Part shown: positions 8,632 through 17,759 of the stretch, piece after piece | Layout of the letters: each line of letters opens with the position of its first letter | How positions within the stretch are numbered: the stretch's first letter is position 1 | NCBI GenBank assembly: GCA_043745295.1 | Contig: JAYTTN010000714.1 | Span: forward strand, 19,500 to 83,499 | Direction of reading: 5' to 3' | From: Fimbriiglobus sp. | GTDB taxonomy: Bacteria; Planctomycetota; Planctomycetia; Gemmatales; Gemmataceae | DNA: 64,000 nucleotides | The notes under the pieces: model-generated | Databases searched by the model: none | What the model was told of the DNA's origin: nothing | The model's input: the letters and a program-made list of their open reading frames with translations, nothing else | Made by a program: the position numbers and the translations under genes

Positions 8632-8958
8632 ATGAAAGAGCGCAGGACACTTATAGACGGCATCGGCCCGTTGGACCGCTCAGCGGAGAAAGAGTTCGTG
8701 TTCGGCGGCAAAGCAAGCCCTCCGCAGGCCGACGCCTCGCAGTCATCGACGAACCGGGAACCGACGGCCAATCTCCATGCACCCGCAACAGCCAACCGGA
8801 TGCCACTGAGCACGCGAATCCGTGCCGACTTTGGGACGGCTCTCAAGCGTGCGTCGCTCGAACGCCAACTCAGCGGGACTACGCCGAACACGCTCCAGGA
8901 CATCCTCGAAGAAGCTCTCGAACCCTGGCTGCGGGACAACGGCTATCTCCCGAACTGA
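8632..8958 (+). CDS. Small partition or centromere-binding protein, RHH (ParG/CopG-like) C-terminus
   Basis: It lies immediately downstream of parA and is 108 aa. The C-terminus PLSTRIRADFGTALKRASLERQL...TLQDILEEALEPWL fits a strand-helix-helix pattern. Confidence 0.6.
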   Translation: MKERRTLIDGIGPLDRSAEKEFVFGGKASPPQADASQSSTNREPTANLHAPATANRMPLSTRIRADFGTALKRASLERQLSGTTPNTLQDILEEALEPWLRDNGYLPN

Positions 8959-9023
8959 GACGAGGGCAGTACGTTTTCCGACGACACTTGCGGCACATCC
9001 AAACCGGGCAGACATTTTTCCGC

Positions 9024-10064
9024 TCAAGGCGGCCCGCGTCGCTCGTACCATTTCCGGCAGAAGCCGATGAAGGCGGCGTCCGGGTCGCGGGGCGTCTCGG
9101 ACATCCAGTCCCGCCACTCCTTTTCCAGGAGGTACACGTCCCAGCCGGGGGCGACGATCCTCGCGTCGTTGTAAGTGTCGGGTTTCAAAAATCCGATCGG
9201 CACTGGGGTACTGACATCGGCACTGCCCGGCACACTGCCGCGGCTGCGAAACACCACCATGTCGTCGGCGATCTCGATGGCGTAATCCGGCATGTGCTGG
9301 TGCAGCCGGTCTTCGTCCACGATCCTGGACACGAGCCGCCGAAACTCCTTCTCGGTCGAAACCGACCCGCATTTGTTCTGCAACACCGCGAGAGAAATTC
9401 GCCACTCTGCCTTCTTGCCACAGTGCTTCCGCGCGATCTCGTACAACCGCCTCTCCAGGGGTTTTCGCAGCCGGAAGTAGTCCCGGTGCAGGGTAAGGAC
9501 TTCGTGGTGGCGGATGGCGTTGAAGACCCAGTCCGACAGCTTGATCTCCACCTCCTGCATGCGACCGTCCCGCGTCTCGCGGACGATCCTCGCCCGTTCG
9601 ATGAGGCCGAACGTCTCGAACACCTCCTCCCCGCCGGTGACGACGTTGGTACTGATCCGGGTACCCGCCAGCCGCTCGAAGGCGGCCTTGAGCGCCTGGT
9701 AGCCCTGGCCGCTGGTCATCCGGTTCGTCGCCTTCAGGAGGTCATAAGCCTTGAAGCGGATCACTGGCGAGACCTGCTGGCCGGCGTTGATCGCCGCCAT
9801 CAACTGGCTGATGCAGTAAATGAGCACGTCCCGGTCGTGGACCGTCGCCAGGCCGTCCGACGACGGCTTGATCTCGACGTAGCTGGGGCCGTTCTCGTAC
9901 CGCCTGACGCGGTGATCGGGTTTGGTCGAGAGCGAAAAAACCGGGTGCTCCATCGAGGCCATGTCGCTCTTGGGGGCCGCGTCCATGATGTCGCAGACGA
10001 AGAAGTCCGGCACCGGACGACGTTCGGGCAGAAGTGGGGGACGATCTTTGACCGGAGAACTCAT
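9024..10064 (-). CDS. repA: Plasmid replication initiator (RepA, RPA-family type)
   Basis: PDFFVCDIMDAAPKSDMASMEHPVFSLSTKPD...GLATVHDRDVLIYCISQL is characteristic of the Replication initiator protein A family. Iterons lie directly upstream. Confidence 0.85.
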   Translation of the reverse strand: MSSPVKDRPPLLPERRPVPDFFVCDIMDAAPKSDMASMEHPVFSLSTKPDHRVRRYENGPSYVEIKPSSDGLATVHDRDVLIYCISQLMAAINAGQQVSPVIRFKAYDLLKATNRMTSGQGYQALKAAFERLAGTRISTNVVTGGEEVFETFGLIERARIVRETRDGRMQEVEIKLSDWVFNAIRHHEVLTLHRDYFRLRKPLERRLYEIARKHCGKKAEWRISLAVLQNKCGSVSTEKEFRRLVSRIVDEDRLHQHMPDYAIEIADDMVVFRSRGSVPGSADVSTPVPIGFLKPDTYNDARIVAPGWDVYLLEKEWRDWMSETPRDPDAAFIGFCRKWYERRGPP

Positions 10065-10076
10065 GAGGCGGGATGA

Positions 10077-10256
10077 TTCGTCATTTCACACACCGAGTCA
10101 AGCAGTTTCGACAGTTCACCCACCGGGGCACGCCGTTCGACAGTTCACCCACCGTTTCAGGAGCTTTCGTCATTTCACACTCCGGGCTGCGAGTTTCGAT
10201 GGTTTGCACACCAATCTTCGATGGTTTACACACCGAGTTTCGATGGTTTGCACACC
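10077..10256. repeat. Seven 18-nt iterons (oriV)
   Basis: TTCG(A/T)(C/T)(A/G)(G/T)TT..CAC.CC starts at 10077, 10107, 10136, 10166, 10195, 10217 and 10239. The spacings are 30, 29, 30, 29, 22 and 22 nt. The last three are TTCGATGGTTT(G/A)CACACC. Confidence 0.8.
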
Positions 10257-10270
10257 GGCCACCCCGAAAG

Positions 10271-10369
10271 TGGTAATAAACATCAATGCTTTACGGGTGG
10301 TTATCCACAGCGTAACACTCTAATTAACACCTATTTAACACCTCTTAGCAGACCGTATCCTGTGGACAA
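10271..10369. other. AT-rich stretch with DnaA boxes (oriV unwinding and host-factor region)
   Basis: A perfect DnaA box TTATCCACA at 10301-10309. An inverted near-box TGTGGACAA at 10361-10369. TAACAC(C/T) recurs three times between them. This is the lowest-GC segment near repA. Confidence 0.6.
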
Positions 10370-10738
10370 CTCCCTTAACATGCTGAACGCAAAAGGTAGA
10401 TGTGCGGAATCTTCCGTGACAATTACAACAGACTGTGGGAAGCGCCCGCCGCAGGGCATTCAGGAATGATGTCGATGGGCTTGGCTACTTCGTGCCCCTC
10501 AATCGATCGCAGAGGGGGTCAAGAAGAGTAAACCGGACTCGTCTGCTACCCCTACCAGCAGGCCAGGCACTTTCGACACCGAGACGCCATTTGTGGCCGA
10601 ATCGAAGGGCCGCTCCGAGAAAAAGTGCAGCGGTCACGGGCGGTGGCTGGGCGGATACTCGTAAACCGCCAAACGGCTGATTCACTGCCGCTTTCCTCGT
10701 TGACTACCCTATGTAACCCCTGTCTTTCTGCGGCTTTT

Positions 10739-10756
10739 CAGCATGACATCATGCTG
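10739..10756. promoter_or_regulatory. Palindromic operator candidate
   Basis: CAGCATGA-ca-TCATGCTG. It uses the same half-site as the parA upstream repeats and sits about 95 nt upstream of the ATG at 10851. Confidence 0.4.
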
Positions 10757-10850
10757 TAACCCGCACTCAGCCTCTTGCGCGAAGGATTCAAACCGTGCTA
10801 TATTCGGCTTAAAGAGGCCAAGGAATGGCCCGCGAAGGTCAGGAGGATTT

Positions 10851-11372
10851 ATGCCACGCAAACGCACACCTAAACCTAAGAACACCCCGTCTGAAACTAC
10901 CACCGCAAACGAAACGCCGATCGAAACCCCGGTTCCACCTCAGTCCGAGGAATTGAACCCAGCCGAACTACTGAGCCGGGCAACAACAACCACCGTGATG
11001 GAGTCGCTCTCGCCCGAGGCCGCGCCGGAAACACCGAGCTTCGTCGAGAAACTGGCACGGCAGCGCCAGCCGGGGATCGTCCCCGACCCCTTCGGCATCG
11101 CCGGCGATTACGAGGCCGGGGTGCGGTTGTTTGAGAACCGCCGCGAACGGCTCATGGTCATCAAGTTCGACAAGAAACCGAGTCCCGTGGTCCTGGACCG
11201 CATGAAGGACGCCGGCTTCCGCTGGAACCCGCGGGACCAGGTCTGGGTCCAGCCGATTCATCCCGAAAATGCCAGACGTGTCCGCATCGAGGCCGAGCGG
11301 ACGTATCAGGACGTCCGCCAGATGATCCGCCAGGAACGCGGCCTGGGGGAAAGCCCCGAGATTCCGTTTTAG
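10851..11372 (+). CDS. Hypothetical conjugative-element protein
   Basis: ATG at 10851 follows AGGAGG. The N-terminus is basic and disordered. The C-terminal domain reads VIKFDKKPSPVVLDRMKDAGFRWNPRDQVWVQP. Confidence 0.6.
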   Translation: MPRKRTPKPKNTPSETTTANETPIETPVPPQSEELNPAELLSRATTTTVMESLSPEAAPETPSFVEKLARQRQPGIVPDPFGIAGDYEAGVRLFENRRERLMVIKFDKKPSPVVLDRMKDAGFRWNPRDQVWVQPIHPENARRVRIEAERTYQDVRQMIRQERGLGESPEIPF

Positions 11373-11648
11373 CCGAGAGAGCAGGTGCAGTCCGCCATGC
11401 CGCCGTCCCAAAGCCATTTTCCCATCCGCGGTGCCCGAATGCTTGTTGCCGGGCGAACGAATCCGTGCGATACCGCGTCTCATTCACGGCGGACCCGCCG
11501 CGCGCCCGGCGACCATGCCGGCCACGACGGCCGCTGAGCATGGCCCGGAAGCCGCCGGGACGGCGGGGCCCCTCACTCTTTTCCGACGACCCGGACGAAC
11601 CGACCGGGCCACCCCACGAGTCACCCCCGAAGACCCAAGGAGCCGACC

Positions 11649-11963
11649 ATGCAGTACAAGACGATCATCCTGGAACTGATCCGGCAGAACCAGCCGCTCC
11701 ACGACCGGCTGCGGCGGGAGCGCGACCTCCTGGCGACGGTCGAGCGGATGGCCCTGGAACTCAAAGCCAGCCACCTGGAACACCTCCGCAACCTGACCGC
11801 GACGAACCCACACCGTCCCCCGACACACGCCTCTTCACAAGCCTTCGAGACGGCCGTGAGGGAGATGGAGGAGCGTTTGCTTCCCGGTTCGAGGGCGGAC
11901 GGGGACGAGCCCCTCTCGCTCGCCGGGGCGATGGCCTTCCTCGCTCGTTCGCCGAAAAAGTAA
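11649..11963 (+). CDS. Small helical hypothetical protein
   Basis: ATG follows AAGGAG. MQYKTIILELIRQNQPLHDRLRRERDLL... has balanced composition. The overlapping frame of ORF 11465.. is P/G/R-rich junk in this stretch. Confidence 0.5.
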   Translation: MQYKTIILELIRQNQPLHDRLRRERDLLATVERMALELKASHLEHLRNLTATNPHRPPTHASSQAFETAVREMEERLLPGSRADGDEPLSLAGAMAFLARSPKK

Positions 11964-12118
11964 CCCGGTCCCGCCAGGGATCACTTTTCGACCTTGACCC
12001 CGACGACACACCTCTTGAATTGTCCACACCGCCCGCCACACCGGCACCGGCCGGCGCACCAGACCTGCCGCCGGCCGAACCGGCGGCGGGACCACCGACC
12101 ACCCCCGATGCCAACCGG

Positions 12119-15100
12119 ATGGCCGGCGGGGAGATGGCCAAGGCCCGCGACATCCTCGCCGCGATCCGCACCCTGAAGGTCGTCGAGCGGGAACAGCGCC
12201 CCGCGACCACCCAAGAAAAACAGACCCTGGCCCGGTTCTCCGGCTTCGGCCCGGTCGCCCTGTCCGTCTTCCCGGACCCGGCGACCGGCCGCTTCAAAGA
12301 CGCCCGCTGGCAGGCTGTCGGGGAGGAGCTGCGGTCACTCCTGACCGAGGGCGAGTACGCCAGCGCCCGGCGGACCACGTTCAACGCCTTCTACACCTCG
12401 TTCGAGGTGATCGACGCCATCCACGCCGGCATCGGCCGGCTGGGTGCCCCGACCGCCGCCACGGTACTGGAACCCGGCTGCGGGGTCGGGAACTTCATGG
12501 GCCGCGGCAGCCCGGCCAACCGCTTCATCGGCGTCGAGATGGACTCCGTCTCGGGCCGGATCGCGCGGGCGATCCACCCGGGCCACGACATCCGCGTCGA
12601 GAACTTCCGCGACACGACCCTGCCCGAGGGGCGGATCGATGCCGTCGTCGGCAACGTCCCGTTCGCCGACCTTAAACTGGACCACAAGGGCCAGAAATAC
12701 TCCCTCCACGACTACTTCTTCGCCAAGTCCGTCGACGCCCTGAAACCCGGCGGCGTGCTCGCGCTGGTCACGTCCCACTTCACCCTCGACAAGCAGAACG
12801 CCGCCGCCCGCGAGTATCTCGCCGCTCAGGCCGACTTCGTGGGCGCGATCCGCCTGCCGTCGGACGCCTTCAAGCGGGAGGGGACCGCCGTCGTGACCGA
12901 CATCGTCTTTCTTCGCAAGCGGCCACCCGGGGTGGCCGCCAATCATGTTGATGATGACTGGCGGGGAGTCGCCCCGCTGGAGATCGATGGCGCGGCGGTC
13001 TCCGTTAACCGCTACTTCCTGAACCACCCGGAGATGGTCCTGGGAACCTGGAGCCGCAAGGACACGCTTTACGGCGGCGAAGGCATCAGCGTCCAAAGCA
13101 ATGGCGATCTGGCCGGACAACTCCAGCAAGCCGTCGAACGGCTTCCCCGATTCGAGCCGACGCGGGCAACGGGCCTCGATGCCAGGCCGGTCCCGGTCTT
13201 CGTACCCCCGCCGGCCGAGCGGCATATTGCCGAAGGGAGCTTCTTTATCGGTGACGACAGGGTGATCTACCAGTCCGAGGGCGGGCAGGGGCAGACCGTC
13301 GTTTACGGTGGCACGACGCTCAAGGCTGAAGGCACCATGACCGGCAAGCGCCTCGGCTCACTGATTGAACTTCGGGACCGCGCCCGCCGCGTGCTGCAAT
13401 CCCAGAACGAGGGCTGGCCGGACGAGCACCGGGAGGCGGCCCGCCGCGACCTGAACCGGACTTACGACCGCTTCGTGGCGGCTTACGGCCCCGTCAACAA
13501 AACGACGTTCGGCGAGACCGAGGGCGGCACCACCATCCGCCGGATGCCGAACGTCGTGAAATTCAAGGAAGACCCGGACGCCATGCTGGTGATGGCGCTC
13601 GAAGACTACGACGAGACGACCAACAAAGCGTCAAAAGCCGCCATCATGCGGCGCGACGTGGTGGGCCGCACCCCGCCCGTCACGAGCGTTCGCACCGCCG
13701 AGGAGGGGCTGCTGGTGTCGCTCGACCAGCGCGGCGCGGTGGACCTGCCGTACATCGCCGCCCTCTACGGCAAGCCCGAGGAACAGGTCATCGCCGAGTT
13801 GGGCGACCTGATCTTCCGCGACCCGGAAGCGCAGACCTGGGAGACGGCCGACGTGTACCTGTCGGGCAACGTCCGGCACAAGCTGGCCGCCTCCGAACGG
13901 ACCGGCGGCGAATTCGTCCGCAACGCCGACGCCCTGCGCGACGTGCAGCCCGAGGACGTGCTGCCCGGCGACATCGACGCCAACCTGGGCGCGCCCTGGA
14001 TACCCGCGGCCGACATCCAGGCGTTCGCCGCCGACCTGTTCAAGGTCCCGCCCGCCTCCGTGCCCGTCGCACACCTGGAGAAGGACGCGGTCTGGAGCCT
14101 GGAGCCGGCCTACGACGCCAAAGCGTCCGTGGCCGCCACCGCCGACTTCGGTACGGCGCGGGCGAACGGCACCTGGCTGTTCGACCTGGCCCTGAACATG
14201 AAGTCGCCGACCATCTACGACACGGTCCGGTCGGGCGACCGCGAGGAGCGGGTGGTCAACCCCGACGAGACGCTGGCCGCCCGCGAGAAGCAGAAGCTGG
14301 TCAAGGAGCGTTTCCGCGCCTGGGTGTTCGCCGAACCCGACCGCACCGAGCGGCTGGTGCGGCTCTACAACGACACCTACAACAACCTGCGGCCCCGGCA
14401 GTTCGACGGCTCGCACCTCGACTTCCCCGGCATGAACCAGGCCCTGAGCCTGCGGCCGCACCAGAAGGACGCCGTCTGGCGCGGGATGAGCAGCGGCAAC
14501 ACGCTGCTGGCCCACGCCGTCGGGGCCGGCAAGACGTTCACGATGGCCGCGACCGGCATGAAGATGAAGCAGGCCGGCCTAGTCCACAAGCCGATGTACG
14601 TCGTCCCCAACCACCTGCTCGAACAGTTCGCCCGCGAGTTCGTGCAACTCTACCCGAACGCCCGGCTGCTCGTCGCCGCGAAGGAAGACCTGGCCAAAGA
14701 CCGCCGCAAGGTGCTGACCGCCAAGATCGCCAGCGGCGAGTGGGACGGGATCGTCGTCACGCACTCGTCGTTCGAGCGGATCGGCATGTCGCGGGAGTAT
14801 CAGGAACAGTTCCTCCGCGACCAGATCGCCGAGTACGACAAGCTGCTCGTGGAGCACGCCGGAAGCCGCGGCGGCAACCGCAACCTCATCAAAACCATTG
14901 AAAAGCAGAAGGCGGCCCGCGCCGAGCGGCTGAAAGACCTGCTCGCCGGCGACAAGAAGGACGACGGCCTGGTGTTCGACGAACTCGGGGTGGACCACGT
15001 CTTCATCGACGAGGCCCACTACTTCAAGAACCTCGAAACGCCGACCAAAATGGACCGGGTGGCCGGCATCCAGTCCGGCGGGTCCGAGCGCGCCTTCGAC

Positions 15101-17143
15101 GTGTACATGAAGGCCCGCTACCTGGACGGGCGGCACAAGGGCCACGGCGTCACCTTCGCCACGGGCACCCCCATATCCAACACGATGATGGAGATGTACA
15201 CCATGCAGCGGTTCCTCGACCCGCACGGGCTGGCCAGCCGGGGGATCGAGCACTTCGACGCCTGGGCCGCCACCTTCGGCGAGGTCGTCGATGCGATGGA
15301 ACTCTCCCCCGACGGGGCGGGCCTGCGGCCGCGCAGCCGGTTCGCCAAATTCACCAACCTGCCGGAACTCCAGCAGATGTTCCGGGCGTTCGCCGACGTG
15401 CAGACCGCCGAGATGCTCGACCTGCCCCGGCCGAAGCTGCGGGGCGGCAAGCCCGAGGTGGTGGCCTGCCCGATGTCCGACGAGCAGCACGCCCTCCAGC
15501 AGGAGCTGGTCGCCCGCTACGAACGGCTGCGGTCCCAGAAGGTGGACCCGCGCGAGGACAACGCCCTTGCGATCACGACCGATGGCCGCAAGTTGGCGAC
15601 CGACGCAAGGATGTTGTCGGCGTCGGCCCCGGACTTCCCGGAATCAAAAGTCAACCGCCTCATCGAGAATGTCGTTGCAACCTGGAAGCAGTCCGCCGCG
15701 ACGCGCGGCACGCAGATGATTTTTGCCGACATGGGCGTAAACCCGACCGCCTGGGGTTACTCGCCCTACGAGGAGATTATCAAAAAACTCATCGCTGCCG
15801 GCGTTCCGGCCGAGCAGATCGCCGCAATGGGCGATGCCGACTCCGACGCCAAAAAACAGGCCCTGTTCGAGAAGGTCCGCCAGGGTTCGGTTCGCGTCCT
15901 GCTCGGCAGCACCCAGAAAATGGGCACCGGCACCAACGTCCAGAAGCGTCTTGTCGCACTGCATCACCTCGACGCCCCCTGGAAACCAGCGGAAGTCGAG
16001 CAGCGCGACGGCCGCATTCTTCGGCAGGGCAACGAAAACGAGGAAGTGGCAATCTACCGCTACGTCACGGAAGGATCATTCGACGCCTATATGTGGCAGG
16101 CGCTGGAGACCAAGGCCCGGTTCATCGGGCAAGTCATCACCGGCGACAACGCCGCCCGCCGGGCCGAGGACATCGGCGGCCAGGAACTCTCCTACGCCGA
16201 GGTCAAGGCCATCGCGTCGGGCAACCCGGCGGTGCTCACGCTGGCCGAGGCCGACGCCGAGTTGCAGCGATTGACGCTACTGAGAAAGAACCACCTGGAC
16301 GAGCAATACGTCGCCCGCCGGAGCGTCCGCGACCTGCCCGGAAAGATCGACGGGCTGAACGACCGGCTCTCGCGGCTGACCGCCGACGAGGCGACCGCCA
16401 CGGCCCGCGAAGGCGACCCCGTCACCATCGGCAAGCAGGCGTGGTCCCGCGGCGATGCGGTTGCCGTCCTGGGCAAGAGGCTCGATGCCCTGCCGCTCAG
16501 CGCCCGCGAGCCGACCCGAGTGCAACTTGGGGTCTACCGGGGACTGCGGTTCGGCCTCGTCCTGCACCCGAACTTCCCGGCCGACGTTTACCTGGAAGGG
16601 GAGACCACGCAGCGGTCGATGATGTCCCGAGACCACCAGGGGCCGCGGGCGGTCCTGAACGCGCTCTCCCGCATGGCCGACGACTACGCCTCCGACATCG
16701 TCCGCGTCCGCCGAGACCTGTCCGTCGCCGAGGGCCAATTGCGCGACTACCGGGACCGCCTGGGCAAGCCGTTCGCCCACGAGGCGTACCTGACCGCCTT
16801 GACGAACCTGCGGGATCATTTGAAAGCAAGGCTCTCGGCGAACGGCCGGGGGCCGAACCAGGAAGAAGGGCCGAATACGGACGAATTGGCTTCGGAAATC
16901 AAGTCGCTGAAAGCGGCAAACACCGTCGAGGCCACCCCGCAGCGGGCCGGCCAGAAACATTCCACCGCCGAGGAGCCGATTACCGCCCGCATCCGCCGCC
17001 GGCAGGAAGGAACGGGCACAGCCACGCAAATGCGAACTGCGCCGGGAGGCGGGCAGGAGGAGCAGGAAGCCACGAGCTTTGCACGGCGCATTCTCCGCGA
17101 GCGAGAGCAAAATGCCGAAGGCGAGGGGCAAAGCCCGCCGTAA
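12119..17143 (+). CDS. Polyvalent N6-adenine DNA methyltransferase fused to an SNF2/DEAD-like helicase (phage P1 DarB-like)
   Basis: MTase motif I VLEPGCGVGNFMG and motif IV GNVPFAD. Helicase Walker A AHAVGAGKTF, DEAH in FIDEAHYF, and motif VI QRDGRILRQGN. A long coiled C-terminal tail. The start is uncertain: ATG 12119 or 12134, or a non-ATG start after 11966. Confidence 0.85.
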   Translation: MAGGEMAKARDILAAIRTLKVVEREQRPATTQEKQTLARFSGFGPVALSVFPDPATGRFKDARWQAVGEELRSLLTEGEYASARRTTFNAFYTSFEVIDAIHAGIGRLGAPTAATVLEPGCGVGNFMGRGSPANRFIGVEMDSVSGRIARAIHPGHDIRVENFRDTTLPEGRIDAVVGNVPFADLKLDHKGQKYSLHDYFFAKSVDALKPGGVLALVTSHFTLDKQNAAAREYLAAQADFVGAIRLPSDAFKREGTAVVTDIVFLRKRPPGVAANHVDDDWRGVAPLEIDGAAVSVNRYFLNHPEMVLGTWSRKDTLYGGEGISVQSNGDLAGQLQQAVERLPRFEPTRATGLDARPVPVFVPPPAERHIAEGSFFIGDDRVIYQSEGGQGQTVVYGGTTLKAEGTMTGKRLGSLIELRDRARRVLQSQNEGWPDEHREAARRDLNRTYDRFVAAYGPVNKTTFGETEGGTTIRRMPNVVKFKEDPDAMLVMALEDYDETTNKASKAAIMRRDVVGRTPPVTSVRTAEEGLLVSLDQRGAVDLPYIAALYGKPEEQVIAELGDLIFRDPEAQTWETADVYLSGNVRHKLAASERTGGEFVRNADALRDVQPEDVLPGDIDANLGAPWIPAADIQAFAADLFKVPPASVPVAHLEKDAVWSLEPAYDAKASVAATADFGTARANGTWLFDLALNMKSPTIYDTVRSGDREERVVNPDETLAAREKQKLVKERFRAWVFAEPDRTERLVRLYNDTYNNLRPRQFDGSHLDFPGMNQALSLRPHQKDAVWRGMSSGNTLLAHAVGAGKTFTMAATGMKMKQAGLVHKPMYVVPNHLLEQFAREFVQLYPNARLLVAAKEDLAKDRRKVLTAKIASGEWDGIVVTHSSFERIGMSREYQEQFLRDQIAEYDKLLVEHAGSRGGNRNLIKTIEKQKAARAERLKDLLAGDKKDDGLVFDELGVDHVFIDEAHYFKNLETPTKMDRVAGIQSGGSERAFDVYMKARYLDGRHKGHGVTFATGTPISNTMMEMYTMQRFLDPHGLASRGIEHFDAWAATFGEVVDAMELSPDGAGLRPRSRFAKFTNLPELQQMFRAFADVQTAEMLDLPRPKLRGGKPEVVACPMSDEQHALQQELVARYERLRSQKVDPREDNALAITTDGRKLATDARMLSASAPDFPESKVNRLIENVVATWKQSAATRGTQMIFADMGVNPTAWGYSPYEEIIKKLIAAGVPAEQIAAMGDADSDAKKQALFEKVRQGSVRVLLGSTQKMGTGTNVQKRLVALHHLDAPWKPAEVEQRDGRILRQGNENEEVAIYRYVTEGSFDAYMWQALETKARFIGQVITGDNAARRAEDIGGQELSYAEVKAIASGNPAVLTLAEADAELQRLTLLRKNHLDEQYVARRSVRDLPGKIDGLNDRLSRLTADEATATAREGDPVTIGKQAWSRGDAVAVLGKRLDALPLSAREPTRVQLGVYRGLRFGLVLHPNFPADVYLEGETTQRSMMSRDHQGPRAVLNALSRMADDYASDIVRVRRDLSVAEGQLRDYRDRLGKPFAHEAYLTALTNLRDHLKARLSANGRGPNQEEGPNTDELASEIKSLKAANTVEATPQRAGQKHSTAEEPITARIRRRQEGTGTATQMRTAPGGGQEEQEATSFARRILREREQNAEGEGQSPP

Positions 17144-17413
17144 GCGCCCGTCCGGCCACCAAGCCAAAATCAAACCCCCGCTCGGAATCCTCCTCAGGCT
17201 CTAGTGAACCGCTCGAAGGCCCGCCGCCTCTGTCGCGTTCCGCCGCGGGGGTGTTCTTTGCGAACCCCCGCGACGAAACACTCCGACGGCGACGGTGAAC
17301 CAGCAAGCCAGGGAGAGCCTTTTTGTTGCAACGCCGAAAAGCCCGGACCAAGAAACCGAACACTAACCCGCCTTCGATTCTGCGTTTCGTCGATCGCTTG
17401 CGGGCGTGGGACT

Positions 17414-17450
17414 GTCCCACTTGACCAGCCGTCCCACTTCGTGGTAGACT
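17414..17450 (+). promoter_or_regulatory. Candidate promoter and operator of the TA operon
   Basis: TTGACC (17421-17426), 18 nt, then TAGACT (17445-17450). It is overlapped by the direct repeats GTCCCACTT at 17414-17422 and 17431-17439. Confidence 0.4.
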
Positions 17451-17480
17451 ACCTTGGAAGATAAGCCGGAAGGAGGCTCC

Positions 17481-17759
17481 ATGCACAGCGAAACCCGCAC
17501 CACCGACGCCAAGGCGCGGCTGGTTCTGCCCAAGGCGTTCGCAAACGCCACCGTCATTATCGAGCAGTTGAGCGATAACGAGGTCCGCGTCCGCCGGGCG
17601 AAGGTCGTCGCAGAAGACGAGTTGCCATTCGCCGAAGAATCGTCGGCCCCGCTGTCCGACCGCGACCGCGACCGCTTCTTGGAACTGCTTGCCAATCCAC
17701 CGGCCCCGACGCCGGCCCTCAAAAAGGCGGCCGCACGCCACAAGGCCCGTCGTGGCTGA
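17481..17759 (+). CDS. Antitoxin: AbrB/SpoVT-like N-terminus with a TacA (DUF1778)-like C-terminal segment
   Basis: ATG at 17481 follows GGAGG. KARLVLPKAFANATVIIEQLSDNEVRVRRA is a swapped-hairpin type. LSDRDRDRFLELLANPPAPTPALKKAAARH resembles the TacA C-terminus. Confidence 0.7.
   Translation: MHSETRTTDAKARLVLPKAFANATVIIEQLSDNEVRVRRAKVVAEDELPFAEESSAPLSDRDRDRFLELLANPPAPTPALKKAAARHKARRG

Noticed and set aside
8616-10076. 486-aa + strand ORF across repA
   Set aside because: It is the antisense shadow of the RepA gene, which has strong family motifs. This is typical high-GC frame persistence.
11465-12118. N-terminal 218 codons of the 1892-aa ORF
   Set aside because: This part is P/G/R/A-rich and low in complexity. 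It overlaps a better small gene in another frame (11649-11963). Recognisable methyltransferase sequence begins only after about 12119.
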